Source of the DNA: Anthoceros angustus
Taxonomy: Eukaryota; Plantae; Anthocerotophyta
Assembly (NCBI GenBank): GCA_010909165.1
Contig: MU008163.1
Span: forward strand, 558,001 to 622,000
Length of the DNA: 64,000 nucleotides
Direction of reading: 5' to 3'
The position numbers and the translations under genes are program-made. Below are positions 60,622 through 64,000 of this stretch, one piece after another. Each line of letters starts with the position of its first letter. Within the stretch, counting starts at the first letter, position 1. The notes under the pieces are model-generated. The model was given only the letters and a program-made list of their open reading frames with translations, searched no databases and had not been told where the DNA came from.

Positions 60622-63600
60622 GCTATTGGTTTTTCTCCTGGTCCACTAGCTCCAAGCTCTGAACGACTCCTCTACTTTGATGCATGGCCCTCTCGCCTTC
60701 CTTTTCCTTTGCGCTCTTATTCCCACTCACATCCTGCATGGAGGGAAGGAGAGGCGCCCGGCCGGCGCCCCTCTTGATGATCACCATGATCTGCTTGCCC
60801 AGGCAGTGCTTCCAGAATGACCGCAGACCCGGCGCCTCATCGCCTTCTCGCCCCTCATCGCCTTCCTCAATCCGCCCTTGAGGTGCATCCATGGGCGCCC
60901 GGCCGGCGCCTCATCGCCTTCCTCCGGTCATACCTCCTACAACAGGCAGCCCTAAGGTCTCCACGATCGCGGATCTCGAACCTCTGCTGCGCATCCGATT
61001 GATCATCATCGTGCGAGAATATCGTGAATAGGGCCATCGTCTTCATCTTCGGTCCAAGCTCGCTTCCTTCTTCACAATCATCGAGTGAGATGTTCCTCCT
61101 CAACCACACCGTGCTCGAGTGCGCCTTAGGGACATGACTCTTACATGCTGAACAACCGATTGTGTGATTTACGCACATAGGGCCTGATGTATGCATTTCC
61201 AATTTGAGGCCCTGATTGACACAACATTTGTGGTTAGAGACCAAGCGAAAGCACGAAAAAACATACGAGGTCTCACTACCCCAAAATGCCTTCGAACAAT
61301 TACCGCTTTGTTCTCGTCTACATTCGCGAAGATGCACTGACCTGGGCTCGCATTTCTTGATGATCGGTTGTTGAACACGAGATCAAATGCCTGTATAGCT
61401 CGGGCCCTTGTGGCACTTCATCAAACTGTGGCTTTGTTATACTGAGCGATTGCGCATGGGTCTCCTTGACACATATCGGTTCGCCCACACAACCCAACCT
61501 CGTCCGATTAGGCAAGGCATCCTTGTATCCCATGATCCACAACTTGAAGAGTGGTGTCCAAATACCTTCATCCTGGCTCCATTCTTGAACCAACATCCGG
61601 TCCTTATCCAAAAGAGGTGTGGAATCCATCCGGGCTCCAAGCCTTCGTATGTAGACAGCCTCAAAGGCGTAAGGGGATGGAATAGGCCGCGCTCTGCTTT
61701 GTCTCCCTTGTCACCAGTAGGAAGACCTTTGGTTGTGCTAGCCTTACCGGAAGTAAGGCTCCCGGATTTCGCCTGATTCGCAGCTCCTACCAATTGCGAC
61801 CCAATCAAGGGGCCCAGCTTCCATCGCCATCGGGTCCCGACCTCCGCGCCCTTGAGGAGCATCCATGGGCGCCCCTGCGGCAGATGCCTTCCCCTTCCCT
61901 GGCGCTCTTGATCTCCTCACCTTCTGTAGGGGGTTAGGGGGATCAGGGATTCTATCGCCCTGGTCTTTTTTGCTCCTCCGACCCATTGCCATCTGCTGGA
62001 AGGCCACCAAAACCAAAGTTGAAGACCGCAATTCTTGCTCAGAGAGGTGGAAGATCGAAGAGCAAAACCCGTAATCTGACCTTTGTTTAGAGGATGTTGC
62101 CAAGGGAGGGCGTGGTGGCGCGATGGCGCAATTGCTCCGGCTTCACGGTGGCGGCGATAGTCCCGGCGATGCTGGCGAAAACGCCCGACCTTCACAAGCC
62201 GTCACAGACGCGAATGGGCGACTCTTCAGAAGTGTTCCCTTCGACGGTGTCTCGATGCACACCTCGACTTACAAACACCGATTTGCTCCAGTAAAAGAGA
62301 TAATCCTGCTTTCTTCCTAGGGCAATAATAACCCCATCGACATTAGGGTTGAAAGGATGCTCAAACATCATGTCCAGCGTATCCACATGAAGGTACCAGC
62401 AAAACCTAACCTCGCTCGAAAACTCGTATGTATGGATGGGAGCAGGTAGAACTATTTTTCATTCGCAGCAAGTTCCACCAAACCAAAGTAGGAGTACCCA
62501 CAAGTATCACCATCATGGTAATCAAAATCCCCATTGCGCCACAATCAGTCCATGTGGGATGCCGAGCATGAATGCAATGTAATTAAAGCTGCCGCCATTC
62601 CTTGTCCCAGCTAGCGGCGCCGCATATCTAAGCCGGATACGCTATTAACGTCCATTTTTCCCGAATGATTGACCCAAGTTTGCCTTAACCTTGCACGGCG
62701 GCCGCAAGGGTTTCAGGTTTGCCGGCCCGACACTTTAGTTCGTCTGCTCGTTTTCCAGCCAGCCTTCACAATCATGTTGAATGCTACTCATCCTTTGGAT
62801 GGAGATGAGGTGTGGATTGTTTTGTTGTCAATTTGCCGATGTTTTGGGCTTCTGTAGATCTTTGACTCTATTCCATCCGTCGGGTGCATCGCCTCATGCA
62901 TGTTTTGCGACGAAGCGCCGCAATTCAAGACAACGGCGCGGAGGATGTTGCCCAAAAGGAGGAGGATACTAAACGTGCCTCAAATACAGTCTCGGCATGT
63001 GGTGTGTGGACCTCTGCCTTCCCCAAAAGGGCAACGCATTCCCGAAGGTATAACCAGGAGAGAATCGAACTGGTCTGTTCCTACTTGCTTGAATTCCGTT
63101 CCTACATACCAATGCTTTGCTTGCATTTGCAGCTCGTTCCAGTGGTGGCCACAATGGGCGCCGCAGAAGTTCATCTTCACCATCTGTTCCGAGGGGTGTG
63201 CCTCGGACACCGAGAAACCTCAATTTGTATGCCGCCTTAGATAGGAGCCCGTCTGCTCGACTGCATGAGAATGCACAAAGTAGTGGAAACTGTTCCACCC
63301 GAGTAGGAGGGCCTCAAGCATTGAGGCGTGACTTATTTCCTACTATGGATGAGTGGGAAGGTATCCTCCGGAAAGGTGTCGGGCCGGCCGACGAGGAGGA
63401 TGACGTCTTTCAAACACCAGGAGGTGGACATGCCCGCAATCATACCATCCCAAGCCATTGAGCGAAAGCTTGATAGCAACAAAGGCTCTTGTTTCAACTG
63501 GTCAAAAGACGCTACCGGTGCCGATGAGGAAATGCGGCGGAAGCTGCGTCTCTTGATTTCCGCAAGCCCTGTTGCAACCAAATGTGTGTTCAGATATTGA

Positions 63601-64000
63601 CTATAGAAAGGTTGCGGGAGCGAGATACCGGTTTCTACGAATGGGCGAGCGGGAGACATTTGGAATCTCTTGTTCACGCCGATCGTAGCGGGCAGACAAT
63701 GATAAAGTTGTGACTCATCTATGGGGTCGACGCGATGCGCCTCGAGCCTTCGCAGGTATATTGCATTGGCCATAGTAGGTATGAGGAGTGAAGAGAAGGG
63801 TTATTGCACATGCACCGTGGATGGCTTTAGAGCAAACCCTAAGCAGTCTACATATGCGCAGGTGCAATCGCGTGGATGGACAACATTCTGCTCATGGCGG
63901 AAAGGCTCCCCAATGTTGATGTGTTCAATCTTCCGGACACATTTACAAAGTTCAAATTTGGGCAAAATATAAGCGGCAATGTGAGGGTTCCGATCGGTTT

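Noticed and set aside
62980-63210. Ulp1-like cysteine protease (HW...DSL)
   Set aside because: Spacing is only suggestive and no convincing QxxxxxCG catalytic motif was found.

Overview
A gene-dense, short-intron land-plant nuclear window. It is most likely from a hornwort such as Anthoceros, inferred from a PPR protein with a DYW:KP domain ending in DRH. Layout: MIC10 (1.1-1.4 kb); a retroelement nest (2-15 kb) with CRE-like LINE remnants and a Ty1/copia element whose RNase H is split by a second copia with non-canonical AG...CT LTR ends; a core gene block (15.8-47.5 kb) with an A1 aspartic protease, a K/A/E-rich protein, tRNA-Glu, ARP3, VAP27, the PLS-PPR-DYW:KP with upstream exons encoding an OSB-type PDF motif, a class-3 lipase, RUG1-like RCC1, a YTH protein, a GDSL lipase and a P-class PPR. 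Two features stand out in the last 16 kb. (1) A ~6.3-kb tandem array (48.0-54.4 kb) of about 25 tRNA-Asp-derived units. The best copies keep the CAA start motif, A box, B box, acceptor, D and T arms and a T-run terminator, but the anticodon arm is replaced by a long non-canonical hairpin. (2) A frameshifted gene (58.0-60.6 kb, minus strand) fusing a ParB-like N-terminal domain to a beta-class N4/N6 DNA methyltransferase, an architecture typical of phages and prokaryotic mobile DNA. Many single-base deletions in the repeats and at the right end look like long-read consensus errors, so some pseudogene calls may be artefacts. All family assignments come from motif recognition by eye; no database search was run.
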